56,405 nucleotides of DNA, taken from positions 1-56,405 of IMG/VR virus record IMGVR_UViG_3300037714_000226. The stretch is one strand, 5' to 3'. This document shows, piece after piece, positions 1-10,000 of this stretch. Position numbers and translations under genes: made by a program. The stretch's first letter is position 1. Each line of letters opens with the position of its first letter. The notes beneath the pieces are model-generated. The model ran no database searches. It was not told the origin of the DNA and saw only the letters and a list, made by a program, of their open reading frames with translations. This DNA is from a virus (Duplodnaviria; Caudoviricetes).

Positions 1-405
1 GATGAGGCCGCCATGATCTCCCTTGAGTTTGGACCGACCGGGTAGATCCATCTCCTGAGCGACGACGTAGAGGGTGTCGGCATCCATGGCCTCCAACGCC
101 TCTTTGCGACTCGCTGGCGGCGGAATGATCGCCGGTGGCTTCTTTGGTGCTGACGGCACTTCGTCGGGCGGTGGAAGCGCCTCGGCGGCCTTCTGAGTTG
201 CGGCTTCTTTCTTTCGACCACGTCCACGAAGGATGTCGGCGATCTCGGCGTCGGTGCACTTTCGAAGAAAACCCAACCCGACGAACTTCTCCCACTTCCC
301 GCCTTCGAGGATTTCGTTGTCGAAGATTGTCTTCTGTCCGCCGCCCACGTGCAGAGAGAGTTGCTTTCCCATGTAACTGGGATGCTTCACGTACATTTCT
401 GTCAT
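1..405 (-). CDS. Partial CDS (runs off the left edge); hypothetical protein with a Pro-rich linker and a Rho-N-like helix-extension-helix motif
   Basis: Not in the ORF track. ATG at 405 with SD AAAGGA upstream; open to position 1: MTEMYVKHPSY...LEAMDADTLYVVAQEMDLPGRSKLKGDHGGLI. Confidence 0.7.
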   Translation of the reverse strand, partial: MTEMYVKHPSYMGKQLSLHVGGGQKTIFDNEILEGGKWEKFVGLGFLRKCTDAEIADILRGRGRKKEAATQKAAEALPPPDEVPSAPKKPPAIIPPPASRKEALEAMDADTLYVVAQEMDLPGRSKLKGDHGGLI

Positions 406-423
406 CTCGCTAGTCCTTTCTGT

Positions 424-439
424 GTGCAGACGTCTGCAC
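424..439. repeat. 16-bp perfect palindrome GTGCAGACGTCTGCAC, copy 1 of 5
   Basis: Exact match to copies at 17770, 26401, 39504, 51047; abuts the stop codon at 440-442. Confidence 0.97.
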
Positions 440-1393
440 TCACTTCGTGCCGCGAAAGACGTTCTTGGTCGCCTTGCCGGGTTTCTTCGGCGTACCAGCG
501 ATGACTGTATACGTCATGAACTTCCTGGATGAATCCGCTTCTTTCTTGGCGTAGTCGATCGCTTCTTGCTCAGTCTCGAAGTAGCCAACGTACCTCGTTG
601 ACTTGAGGGCGGAGTTGTCATGTTGAACAGTCCAATTCCCTTTCCCACTGGCCGCATTGAGGACGCTATTTTCCACGATCATCGCTTCCCGCTCACGCTC
701 TCCACGGGCGTCACGTCCGAACACCCCAGGCGCATGGACCGATCCGAGTGCGCCAGCATTCTCCACGGGGCCATGGCCCTTCCGTCGGTTCTCAGTGACC
801 GACTCAGCACGTTTCGTCACACGGAACGCAACCTTGTTGACCCCATCGCCCTTCGACGCGTTGAACTCGTCGTTGTCGAGGTGCTTGGCATACCTGACGA
901 ACAACACGAGTTTGGCCTTCGATGACGCCTGACCGCGGAGTTTCGTGAGACTCAGCCTGGAGCCGTTCTCGAAAGGCTCCTGTTTGTCGACCTGATAGAC
1001 GTCTTTGGTCCAAGCACCGAGTTTCTTGTTGCCCTTGACGACTTCCAGCTTCTTTGGATGACCGACGCCTTCCTCGATGCGTTCTTCTTTCATCGGCGCG
1101 AGTGGCTTCTTTTTCCACTTCACGAGCGGCTTCTTGGTGAGTGGGTGGATGATCTTGCCACCCTTCATCTTCGCCGTCTGCGGTTGATCACTGATGAAGC
1201 TTCCGCGTTTCGGAACCACCTTGCTGCTCGTCTTGGTCTTGCCTTTGGCCGCGACCTCGCGGATCACAACAGACCGCGCTCCGACTTTGAGCACCTGGAA
1301 CATCATCAGCTTCTCGCCGTTTCCGTACGAGTAGAGATAGTCGTCAGTCGAGACGCTCGACGACTCCTCGATCAGGAAATCTAGGATGCTCAT
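440..1393 (-). CDS. Basic multi-module protein downstream of the capsid gene, probable internal head protein
   Basis: ATG at 1393 with SD GGAGGT/GAGGT; N-terminus MSILDFLIEE; Lys-rich modules separated by IEE, VTE, IVE. Confidence 0.7.
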   Translation of the reverse strand: MSILDFLIEESSSVSTDDYLYSYGNGEKLMMFQVLKVGARSVVIREVAAKGKTKTSSKVVPKRGSFISDQPQTAKMKGGKIIHPLTKKPLVKWKKKPLAPMKEERIEEGVGHPKKLEVVKGNKKLGAWTKDVYQVDKQEPFENGSRLSLTKLRGQASSKAKLVLFVRYAKHLDNDEFNASKGDGVNKVAFRVTKRAESVTENRRKGHGPVENAGALGSVHAPGVFGRDARGEREREAMIVENSVLNAASGKGNWTVQHDNSALKSTRYVGYFETEQEAIDYAKKEADSSRKFMTYTVIAGTPKKPGKATKNVFRGTK

Positions 1394-1420
1394 GACCTCA
1401 ACCTCCAAGTGACACTACCA

Positions 1421-1458
1421 GAAAGAAAGAAGGGAGACCCCTTTCGGAGCCTCCCTTC
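1421..1458 (-). terminator. Intrinsic terminator after the major capsid gene
   Basis: Minus strand GAAGGGAGGCTCC-GAAA-GGGGTCTCCCTTC followed by TTTCTTTC. Confidence 0.85.
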
Positions 1459-1496
1459 AGTGCTGCATCTCAGAAGATCTCAGAGGAGGGAGCGGC

Positions 1497-3017
1497 TCAG
1501 ATACCGCCGGTGATCGTCACCCGGCCGTACCACTCGTCGCGCAGGCGCTTGGTGGCGTAGCGGGTCCGCATCCCCTTGCGGTAGGTCTGATCCTCTGGAT
1601 CGAGGAAGGTGGGGGTCATCTGGAGTGGCACGTACGGCGCGAACACGAAGCCTGCGTCGAGGTACGACTGACCGCGAAGACCCATCAGGATCTGGTTGAA
1701 GCGGAAGAAGGGGTCCTGGTACCCCCACCACTTGTTGGCGAGAGAACCCATCTTGATGATGCCCTGGTGCGAGCTGATGGGCCCGTACGAGGGTGGCACC
1801 ACGGTGCCGTCGAAGGGACCCATCGTGCTTCCGCCGGAGCTGATCCAGGACGGCCTGTAGTCGCCGTGAGTCTGAAGCTGAATGAGTTTGGCCGAGACCT
1901 CTGGTGAGGTGACGAACCAGTTCGCCGGAGCGCGCAGGGTGTTCTTGAAGATGAGGTACGAGACCGCGCTCATTCGGGTGAGGATCGCCCGGATGTGTGA
2001 GATCTCATCGAGACCTGCCGGGATCGTGAAGTCGAAGGTCGCAGTGGTACCAACCGACGCCTGGAAGAGTTGCTCCAGGATGTCACGGTCCAACTCCAGT
2101 GCGATTTCCTGCGAGATGCCAGCGACCAACTCCGTCTCGGCGTCGATGCCGTGGAAGGCACGAAGGTCGTCGGCGGCTTCTGCGCTCCAACGAGCCTTCA
2201 GCTTCCTGGTTGTCGCACGGATTTCCTGGAAGTTGATGTCGATGAAGACGTCCGGAACCTGCTTGTTGGCCTCGGAGTCATAGAAGTAGGTTGCGCGAAC
2301 GACGCGTCCTGCACTTGCGGCCGGAGCGGCCGTGAAGAGGAATCCGGTGATCTGACCGGTTGCGTAGTTGACTGCACCTGCGGTGACATCGCCCGTGAAC
2401 CCGCCTGCTCCGTCATCCACGGCCGACTGAGCGACCGTACCGTCCGCATCGACGTCTTCGACGAGCACGGAGATACCGTTGGCTGCATCGAGGGGTCTGA
2501 CGGGACTGTACTGAAGAATGCGTGCAAGAGCGGTTCCGACACCACCGTAGTTGGTGCCATCGGGAACGGCGAGTTGCTCGTTCTCGATCTTCTCGGAGCT
2601 GTAGAACTTGTCGAAGTTCTGGATGAGGTTCGTGCCGGCAGCCGTCTGTCCCTTCGAACGCCCGTGGACGTACTCGAAGAAGAAGACCGCTCCGACCGGG
2701 GCCGTCATCGGCTGCACCGAGACGATCTCGTTGGCGATGAGGTTCGGGAACACGCGTCGCAGCACGGGGAAGATGTACTTGGTGTACTGTCCCGCGTTGA
2801 CGCTGAGCGTGTCCTCGTGAAGCTGACGACGCATGTCGTCGAGCTGGTTCTCGAAGAGCAGGCTCATCACCCGGCGGGTGTAGTGGTCGTCCACCCCGTC
2901 GAGGAATTGTCCCCACTTGTTCTCCAGGAGGGCGCTGTACGACTCGTCGCGAACCGTGTGCGCCCCCGCCTCTGAAATCATGTGTCGCGCTTCCATTTTA
3001 TTGGTCAGCTCCTTCAC
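1497..3017 (-). CDS. Major capsid protein, T4 gp23-like
   Basis: LRRVFPNLIANEIVSVQPMTAPVG, TRKLKARWSAEAADDLRAFHGIDAETEL, EIALELDRDIL, DAGFVFAPYVPLQ, KGMRTRYA; start may be ATG at 2996. Confidence 0.95.
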   Translation of the reverse strand: MKELTNKMEARHMISEAGAHTVRDESYSALLENKWGQFLDGVDDHYTRRVMSLLFENQLDDMRRQLHEDTLSVNAGQYTKYIFPVLRRVFPNLIANEIVSVQPMTAPVGAVFFFEYVHGRSKGQTAAGTNLIQNFDKFYSSEKIENEQLAVPDGTNYGGVGTALARILQYSPVRPLDAANGISVLVEDVDADGTVAQSAVDDGAGGFTGDVTAGAVNYATGQITGFLFTAAPAASAGRVVRATYFYDSEANKQVPDVFIDINFQEIRATTRKLKARWSAEAADDLRAFHGIDAETELVAGISQEIALELDRDILEQLFQASVGTTATFDFTIPAGLDEISHIRAILTRMSAVSYLIFKNTLRAPANWFVTSPEVSAKLIQLQTHGDYRPSWISSGGSTMGPFDGTVVPPSYGPISSHQGIIKMGSLANKWWGYQDPFFRFNQILMGLRGQSYLDAGFVFAPYVPLQMTPTFLDPEDQTYRKGMRTRYATKRLRDEWYGRVTITGGI

Positions 3018-3076
3018 CGGCCTTGGTTCTTAGCCTCTACCGTCTTGTTTATCGAAGTTCAACTTTCCGACAGAAG

Positions 3077-4786
3077 CTACGAAGGCTTGCCGGGTCGTCC
3101 TGACAGTTTCTCGTATTGAGAAATCCCCATTCCAAACTCGGCAAGGGGGCCGGCCCCTGCTCCGTTCGAGCGAGTTTCTTTTCCTGCGCCGCCATGCGTG
3201 TCCTCTTCGAGCGACCGCTGCTTGCCGCGCCCCACACGAGCGTGAATTCGATCCACTTCGTCGGAGTCGACGACTCGACGGGTCTCGTTCACCTCAACCA
3301 GCGCATCGCGCTTCTGGTCGGCGATGGCCTTGCGCACTTCCGATGGATCGGTCAGTTCCCTGGCGATTGCCTGGATGCACTCGATGAGGTCGGCATCGGC
3401 CTCTTCGTCGAGCACGGAGATCTCTTCGGTGACGATGCGAGCGACCACCTCGCGCTCAGCCTTGGCCAATGCCACCTTGGCCTGTCGCTCGTGCATGATC
3501 GCCTTTTCTTCGGCGAGACGAGCGCGTTCGTCGGACTCCTGAAGCCGTTGCTCCATGGCACCAAACCGGTCCTCCCATTCCGTGGCCTGCTTGGCATCAG
3601 GAACCGCTTGACGCTTCAGTTCGCCTCGGACGGTTTGAACCTTCTCGTCGATGGCTGCGGTGTTCTCGTACTCGGTGACATCACCGATCAGAGCCAGGAC
3701 CGCGTCCTTGTCGTCCGACTCGCCGAGAGAGCGTTCCAGATGGAGTTTGTAGGCAGCCTCTTTGGCCATCTGGGCCGCCGACTCAGCTTCCTTGGTGACC
3801 TTCAGGATGTCCAACTCCTTGTCGGCGAGGGCCTCCTTGAGGCGCTCGATCTCGGCGTCCTTTTCGTTGATCAACTCTCGTGTGTCCGGAGCCATCCCGA
3901 ACGACTGGACCATCGTTGCGATGCGCTCGATGAGTTGCTTCGAGCCGGCGACCTCGGGGTCGCTCATGAAATCAGACCGTAGCTTGGTCTCGATCTCCTC
4001 GCGCATGACCTCCAGGTTCCGCCGCAGTTCCACGGAGAACTTTTCCTTGAGTCGTGCGGTGGTTCGCTCTTCGTTCTCCGAGAGCAACCTCTTGATGTCG
4101 ACGCTTGAATCGTCCTCGACGAGTCGATCCTCGCGAGCCATCTGGGCGATTTCGGTGACCAACCCGGGGTAGTCCCGGCGAAGAGTTTCGAGATCCATCT
4201 GATCTTTCTCCAGCGCGTGTTCGATCGTCTCGCGAGCTTCCCGGAAGACCTTGGGGTAGGCCGACCGGGTCGCCGGATCAGCCACGAAGTCGAAGGTGTC
4301 CAGCTTGAAGTCTTCTTGGACCTCTTGAACTCCGTCGGAGCGTGACTTCACCGACCCGAATCCTCGGCTGCTGATACCGACCTCGCCGCTCGCTTCGGCA
4401 ATGGCCTTCAGGATCCGACCATTGGGCGTGTCGATGACCTCGGCCTCGCCGTAGACGTCGGTGCCTCTGACTTCCAGCTTCGTGATGATGTGCGAGGCCC
4501 GCTGGAGTTTCGTCCGACCGTCTTGCGGATGGTCCAACTCCCCATAGACCCTGCGACGCTTGATGGACTCTGAGAGACGGCCGAACTCGCGCTTCCAAAG
4601 GTGTTCGCGATAGAGACGCTTGTTCTGAGTCGGCTCATTCGTGACAGCGTACCGACCTTTGATCAGGATCCGGTTGCTCTGACCGGGTTTCATGATCGGG
4701 TCCGTGGCCTCGGTGAGGGTCACTCGGAGGTCGCCGGTGTGATCGATGAGAAGTTCGGGTTCCATGTTGTTCACCAGGATCGCCAT
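3077..4786 (-). CDS. Prohead protease (T4 gp21-like) fused to an acidic coiled-coil scaffold region
   Basis: N-terminal NKRLY, GELDHP, GISSRGFGS, DFVADPA motifs; about 380 C-terminal residues E/K/R/L-rich; alternative start ATG 4765. Confidence 0.9.
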   Translation of the reverse strand: MAILVNNMEPELLIDHTGDLRVTLTEATDPIMKPGQSNRILIKGRYAVTNEPTQNKRLYREHLWKREFGRLSESIKRRRVYGELDHPQDGRTKLQRASHIITKLEVRGTDVYGEAEVIDTPNGRILKAIAEASGEVGISSRGFGSVKSRSDGVQEVQEDFKLDTFDFVADPATRSAYPKVFREARETIEHALEKDQMDLETLRRDYPGLVTEIAQMAREDRLVEDDSSVDIKRLLSENEERTTARLKEKFSVELRRNLEVMREEIETKLRSDFMSDPEVAGSKQLIERIATMVQSFGMAPDTRELINEKDAEIERLKEALADKELDILKVTKEAESAAQMAKEAAYKLHLERSLGESDDKDAVLALIGDVTEYENTAAIDEKVQTVRGELKRQAVPDAKQATEWEDRFGAMEQRLQESDERARLAEEKAIMHERQAKVALAKAEREVVARIVTEEISVLDEEADADLIECIQAIARELTDPSEVRKAIADQKRDALVEVNETRRVVDSDEVDRIHARVGRGKQRSLEEDTHGGAGKETRSNGAGAGPLAEFGMGISQYEKLSGRPGKPS

Positions 4787-5004
4787 CGTTGCTTGGACGC
4801 TAGTTTTGTTCGCTTGATGAGGCGGCCCTTCTTTTCGGTCGGGCTCTTTCGTTTCTTCCTCAACGACTTGATGGTGTCGTCGAGTCCACCTGCGAACAGT
4901 TCACGTCGTCCACTTCGATAAGCCGTTCTCCTCTTGCGTGATCCCTCGTTGATACTGAGCCAGCGGATGAGGTTCAGACCTCCGCCAACTCCTCGTCGTT
5001 TCCC
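4771..5004 (-). CDS. Unannotated 77-codon -1 frame, candidate frameshift extension of the upstream core protein
   Basis: GKRRGVGGGLNLIRWLSINEGSRKRRTAY...KQRWRSW*; fills the gap between two genes, has no ATG/GTG, and opens one codon before the slippery heptamer. Confidence 0.7.
   Translation of the reverse strand, partial: GKRRGVGGGLNLIRWLSINEGSRKRRTAYRSGRRELFAGGLDDTIKSLRKKRKSPTEKKGRLIKRTKLASKQRWRSW
4957..5004 (-). promoter_or_regulatory. Candidate -1 programmed ribosomal frameshift signal
   Basis: In-phase G GGA AAC at 5004-4998, 6-nt spacer GACGAG, hairpin GAGTTGGCGGA...TCCGCTGGCTC at 4991-4957. Confidence 0.7.
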
Positions 5005-5945
5005 TGGTCACCGACCTCGGCGAGATCGTCGTCGTCCTCGTCTTCGGAGAGACTCTCCATGTGGAGCCGGTAGGCGCACGCTTCCTTGAGCGAAGGTTCA
5101 CCCTTTGACTCGTAGAAACGGATGCCCTTCGCTGCCTGGGCGAGGATGTCCTTGAGTTGCGTGTCCTGGTCCTCGCTCAGATCGGTGACGCCTTCCAGCT
5201 CCTTGGCGAGAGTGGCGGCGTGCTCTCCGAGCGCCTCCATGACCTTGGCTGCTTCGTTCTCTCCGATGGTGTCGAAGATCTCCTCGAAGCGGATGGCGAT
5301 TTCCTCGACGTTGCAGGCGGCGTCGAAGAACGGACTGTCGGCGACCTTGCTGTCCTCGTACTCGGCCAGCGCTGCCTGGTACTGCGTGTCCTCGGCGAGA
5401 GCCGCCTCGATGGCCGCAGAACGCCTCTGCTCATCCACTTCATCCGGTTCTCCACCGAACGACTTGGAGATGCGCTTGCCAGCTCGGTGAAGAGCCTTCA
5501 TCCGGGATGCTGAGAAGGTGCGCTTCTTCTTCTTCTCGGTGCGCTTGCGCGCCTTCTTGACCGAGGATCGACGTCCCAGGGCCTTCGACCTGGCGTATGC
5601 CGCTGGATCCTTCAGGCGGGCCTTCTTGCTCTTGCGTTCGGCGGCACGCTTGGCTCCGCCGCGCAGACCCTGCTTGATCACGAAAGCCTCGTCGAGTTGC
5701 TCGGCGTCCTCGTCGTCGTTTCGGAACGACCGTTCCTCCGTGACATGGGACGAGTTCTTCGGACCCATGCCGTACTGAGCGACCGGCGGAGTGCCCTTCC
5801 AGCCGCCGTTCTTGCCCGACCGCTCTTCCATGAGACCGGTCATGTGGTGGACGCGACCGAGGAACTTGTCGGAGTCGATTCCGATGTCTTTCAGATCCTC
5901 ATCCAGGGACCCGACATTGGCGAGTTTGTTCTTGTGCAGCAGCAT
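4974..5945 (-). CDS. Prohead core protein (position and composition resemble T4 gp67/gp68)
   Basis: ATG 5945 with SD AAAGGA just after the upstream stop; acidic segments flank a very basic block (LDE|AFVIK...KKARKRTEKKKKR); lies between portal and protease. Confidence 0.7.
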   Translation of the reverse strand: MLLHKNKLANVGSLDEDLKDIGIDSDKFLGRVHHMTGLMEERSGKNGGWKGTPPVAQYGMGPKNSSHVTEERSFRNDDEDAEQLDEAFVIKQGLRGGAKRAAERKSKKARLKDPAAYARSKALGRRSSVKKARKRTEKKKKRTFSASRMKALHRAGKRISKSFGGEPDEVDEQRRSAAIEAALAEDTQYQAALAEYEDSKVADSPFFDAACNVEEIAIRFEEIFDTIGENEAAKVMEALGEHAATLAKELEGVTDLSEDQDTQLKDILAQAAKGIRFYESKGEPSLKEACAYRLHMESLSEDEDDDDLAEVGDQGNDEELAEV

Positions 5946-5956
5946 CTCTCGTCCTT

Positions 5957-6895
5957 TCAGGCCGCCTGTGGCGCCTTGAATCGTCGCGCGAGTTTCTCGA
6001 TGAACGCCGCAGCAAGCGCCCATTCGTACATCTGGCCAGCGACGCCGTCGTGCAGGCGCGCGAGGCATTTCACACAACCATCCTCGGATACGGCGATCGC
6101 GTCCGAAATGGTGCCTGTGAGGTCTTCGTAGTCTTCGACGAAACTGTCGACGAAGCTGGCAAAGTCCGCCGCGGCCATGGAATCACCACCAACAACCTCA
6201 CAACCCTCGTCGATGGTGGTCGCCAAGACCAGCCGATCACCCAGACCAACGACATACTTCGAGAGATTCTCCAGGGAACGAAGCACGTTGCCGCGATGAC
6301 CTTCTTCCTGGTCCTCGGTGAGGTCTGATTCGATCATCGCCTCGAACTTCGGCTTGGGCACATTGAGTCGATTCAGTTCGGCGCCGATGAAGCCACGCAT
6401 CCGCGATTCCTCGACCTTGGTAGCCTTGTGCCAGTCGGACTCGACGAAAGACCGTTTGCCCCAGTGGTCCTCGACACCCTCGGCCGTCAACCGTGGTCCG
6501 CCGAATGCGAGACCCACGAGATCACGAACGCGGTCTGTGGTGTCGTTGGCTCCGCCAAGCATCGCCTCGACCACCTCGATCGATTTCTCACGAGCTTGGC
6601 TGGTGAGTTGACTGGCCTCGTAGACCGGCACATCGATCTCTTTGGCCTCTTCCAGAGACACTGAGCCTGACTCGTTCATCTCCCAAGAAACCTTGAAGAA
6701 ATCGCCCTTGTTATTGGCGACAATGGCGTGACTCTCATAGGTGGCAATGAGTTGCACCTTGGTGTCGTCGTCCCCGCCGAACAGGGCCGAACTGGCCTGG
6801 ATGGCCTCTTCGACGGCGCCGACACGAGCCTCCATCGACCCAGCGAGGAGTCGACCGAGGAAGTCGGCGTCGACCATCATTTCCGCAGTGTTCAT
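5957..6895 (-). CDS. Acidic hypothetical protein in the head module
   Basis: 312-aa ORF between portal and core genes; tight packing with the next gene. Confidence 0.75.
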   Translation of the reverse strand: MNTAEMMVDADFLGRLLAGSMEARVGAVEEAIQASSALFGGDDDTKVQLIATYESHAIVANNKGDFFKVSWEMNESGSVSLEEAKEIDVPVYEASQLTSQAREKSIEVVEAMLGGANDTTDRVRDLVGLAFGGPRLTAEGVEDHWGKRSFVESDWHKATKVEESRMRGFIGAELNRLNVPKPKFEAMIESDLTEDQEEGHRGNVLRSLENLSKYVVGLGDRLVLATTIDEGCEVVGGDSMAAADFASFVDSFVEDYEDLTGTISDAIAVSEDGCVKCLARLHDGVAGQMYEWALAAAFIEKLARRFKAPQAA

Positions 6896-7004
6896 TGGTA
6901 AACCGTGGGTGTGCGAGATACTTCGCGGAGACGCGCTAACGCTATGACCCGGGCGACTTCACTGTCAAGTATCGCACCATCATCTATGGTCACATGATGC
7001 AACG

Positions 7005-10000
7005 TCAGGCGGCGTATCGCATCGCCTGTTTGACCTCGGTAAGGAGGCCCTCCAGTCGCTCCATCCGTCGAAGCACCTTCGGTTGGTCTTCCAAGAGTCG
7101 TGCGAGTTTCTTCTCGACCTTCTCGACAGAGTCCATTTTCTGACTGAACTCTCGCTCCCAACTCTGATGGTTTTGACGCATCACCCGCTCGAAATTGTGG
7201 TTGAAGAGTTGATCGCGTCGCCGGAGTTCGGCGTGATCGAACTGAGTCAGTTGGGATTTCCCCTGGATCGGATCATGCGATGGTGACTGCTGAGCGCCGG
7301 CATCGGGTTCTTCTGCCGGAACGGCCGAGTTGATGATCTTCTGGACCTTCGCCTCTAGATTGGCCTTGTCGACCTGCTCCTTCTCACGGCCCTTCATCAA
7401 CACGGCAGCTTCTTCGTCGGTGAACTTGAAAAGGCTCGTGAGGACGTACTTGGTCGTCACTCGCTCACCCATCCGATCGGCGAGGTCAGCGGTTGCGCTC
7501 ATGACCTCCAACTTCGCCAACTCCATGATCGATGACGGCACGGTCATGTTCACTCGAAAATCGTGGGCGTCCGGGTTACTGGACCCTGCGGCGATAAGAT
7601 GGATGCGGCAAAGCTTACGGTATCCCACGCACAACTCTTGCTGAATGCGCATCACGGTACGGGCAAAACGAGTGTCCTCGCTCGATAACGCGCCGCGTGT
7701 CGCTTCTCCGCCGTACCCCATGTACATCTTAGGGATCTTCAGCGCCGCGACGAGTTTGTCGCGGTGGTATTCGAGCGAGTCAGTCTCAGCGTAGTCAGGG
7801 CCCTGAAGCACCTCGATGCGTGTCGAGTCTTTGCCGTTACGAGACGGCACGAAAAAATCTTCGTCATGGCTGTTGCAGACGAAGACCCCCGCCTCTAGCG
7901 CGAAGGTGTGACACGGTGACACCGTCAGAGTGTAGGTGTCCTCAGATTCGTCGAGCCACTCAACAGCCACCACTTTGTGGTTGTCCGCGATGGCAGACCG
8001 CTTGAAGTCGGAGAAGGAAGTGAAGCCCTCAGGCTTGAGCTGCCCCTTCACGCTCAGAGACAAGTCCTTGGCCACCAACCGATGTCCGTACTCGGACTCC
8101 CTGCGTTTGGGGCAGTAGATCAACTCGTACCCCTCCAGAGCCTCCCCCTTGGCCTTGGTGCTGATCCGTCGCCGGAAGGGCATCAACGAGTCGCCCGGCA
8201 CCAAGTCCTGGGCCTGCACCTTCTCGCCGCTGCGGCGAATCATCTTGTGGTCAGGGGTGACACGGATGCTCTTGCCGTTGTCGAGCGTGATCTTCACGAG
8301 TTGTGCATCGCGCCGGGTGACGCCTGCCCACTCGACCTTGGCAGGCCGGACTCGGCCTTCGTCGTCGAGATCCGAGGCCCACACCCACTGCTCCTCGCCC
8401 CGATCGAATGCACCGGCCATGTCCTCGATGGCCCAAACGGATCCATCAAGGAGTCGTACCTCGGTGTCCCCAGCGAGGCACAGCGGATTGTACCGCATGT
8501 CGAGTTTGCCGGTACTCGGGTTGACGAACCGCTTCTTCACGAATTGGTTTTTGACCCGGTTTACGTAGGCGAGACCACGGTCTCCGTCCATCTCGCCAAT
8601 GTCGATGTAGAAAGCGTAGCGGCTCGGCGCCCGGCTGAGTTTGTAGATCAGAAGAGCGTCTTCCAGCAGGGCCAAACGCTTCCAAATCCACCTAGCCGGA
8701 TCAATGATCCCGTGACCGTAGACCGACCTCAGATGTTTTCCGCGCAGTCTCCAGTGAACTATTTCCCAATCCTCAAAGACTGTCAGTTCACCCGGTCCAC
8801 GAGATCGCTCTGATTGAGTACCGCGCTGCTGTGCGAGTTTGTAGAAGTCCTCCAGCGAGATATTGAACTCGCCCTTGGTGTCCTGGACAAATCCGAGCAA
8901 CTCGCCTCTTGGACCTTCAACACGACGAATAGTCGGAGGTGGAAGGTATTTGACTCCAATAACACCCCGATCGCTGGCAAGCGCTTCTCCGAAGCTATTG
9001 TGAACCACCACTCCTTCAGCCACGAAGTTGTGAGCATCGTCGTCCACTTCGATGTCGTAGACATCAGCCTCGCCAGACGCTTCGACACTCAGCAGGTTCT
9101 CAGACATGAAGCCCGAATCCATCTCATGGTACGAGAACGTGAGAGTCGCAGTCTCGGTGGTACTCTTCACCTTCTTTCCGGCAATCTCCTTGGCCTCACG
9201 GTGACGTGTCCGAAGCTGACCCGACCTGTACCCCAGACCGTCGATCAGGTTCTTCAGATCGCGGGCAAGTTCCACGTTGGCGATCTCGAAGTGGTAGGCC
9301 CTACGGTTCCATGTTGGCTGAGATGTGGTCCACCCATCCGCATCCATAAACCCTTCGAGAAATGCTTGACGATGCTCCATCGACAACATCCCCAACCATG
9401 GCGGAAGCCGCTTCTTCGTGGCCCCGTTCCGAAACCCCATCGACAACAGGAAGCACTTGAACAGGACCGAGTGGACTCTCGTGCAGCACCCGTCGTCTGA
9501 CACAAACGGATTCAAGTCCAGTCGCCTGAGTAAGCCGTCGTAGTAATCGTTCTGATCCTCATTGATCCCACGGGCGTAGGACACCGTACTGTTGCCCGTG
9601 TTAGTCTTTTCCGTAGCCAGATACCCGTCACCCCACCAGAACCCAAGGAGTCGCGTAAGCCACGGCTGAGGATCGCTGGGAAGTGTGAAGTCGTTGACTA
9701 CGTTTCCGCCAACCGACCGCTCCTTCGGGGTCACCACCTTGACGAACAACTCATCCCACGACGGGTTCCTGTCTACCTCGGGCGCACGGGTCGCGATCAT
9801 GAGTTTAGGTGTCTTCGATTTGTCGATGCCCCCAGATGGGTACCGAAAGACCTCCAACTCGGACACCTTGCGCCACTCAGTGCGTCCGCCACCTAGATCC
9901 ACCAGGATGGGGTGGTTGGCTGTTGCCAGGATCTCTCGATGCTTAGTACGCACCCTGAAGATGCTCTTGACCCCGTTCTCGTAACGCTTGACGACGGTAA

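Noticed and set aside
364-370. In-phase G GGA AAG (lambda-type slippery heptamer) in the first gene, with an open -1 frame
   Set aside because: Only 12 codons into the gene, no clear downstream hairpin, and the -1 frame is Arg-rich shadow sequence while the zero frame is the sensible protein
2070-2975. Long plus-strand ORFs opposite real genes (also 3116-3982, 7977-8813, 40417-41490 and others)
   Set aside because: Codon-aligned antisense shadows expected at this GC content; no recognisable motifs, unlike 38329-39096
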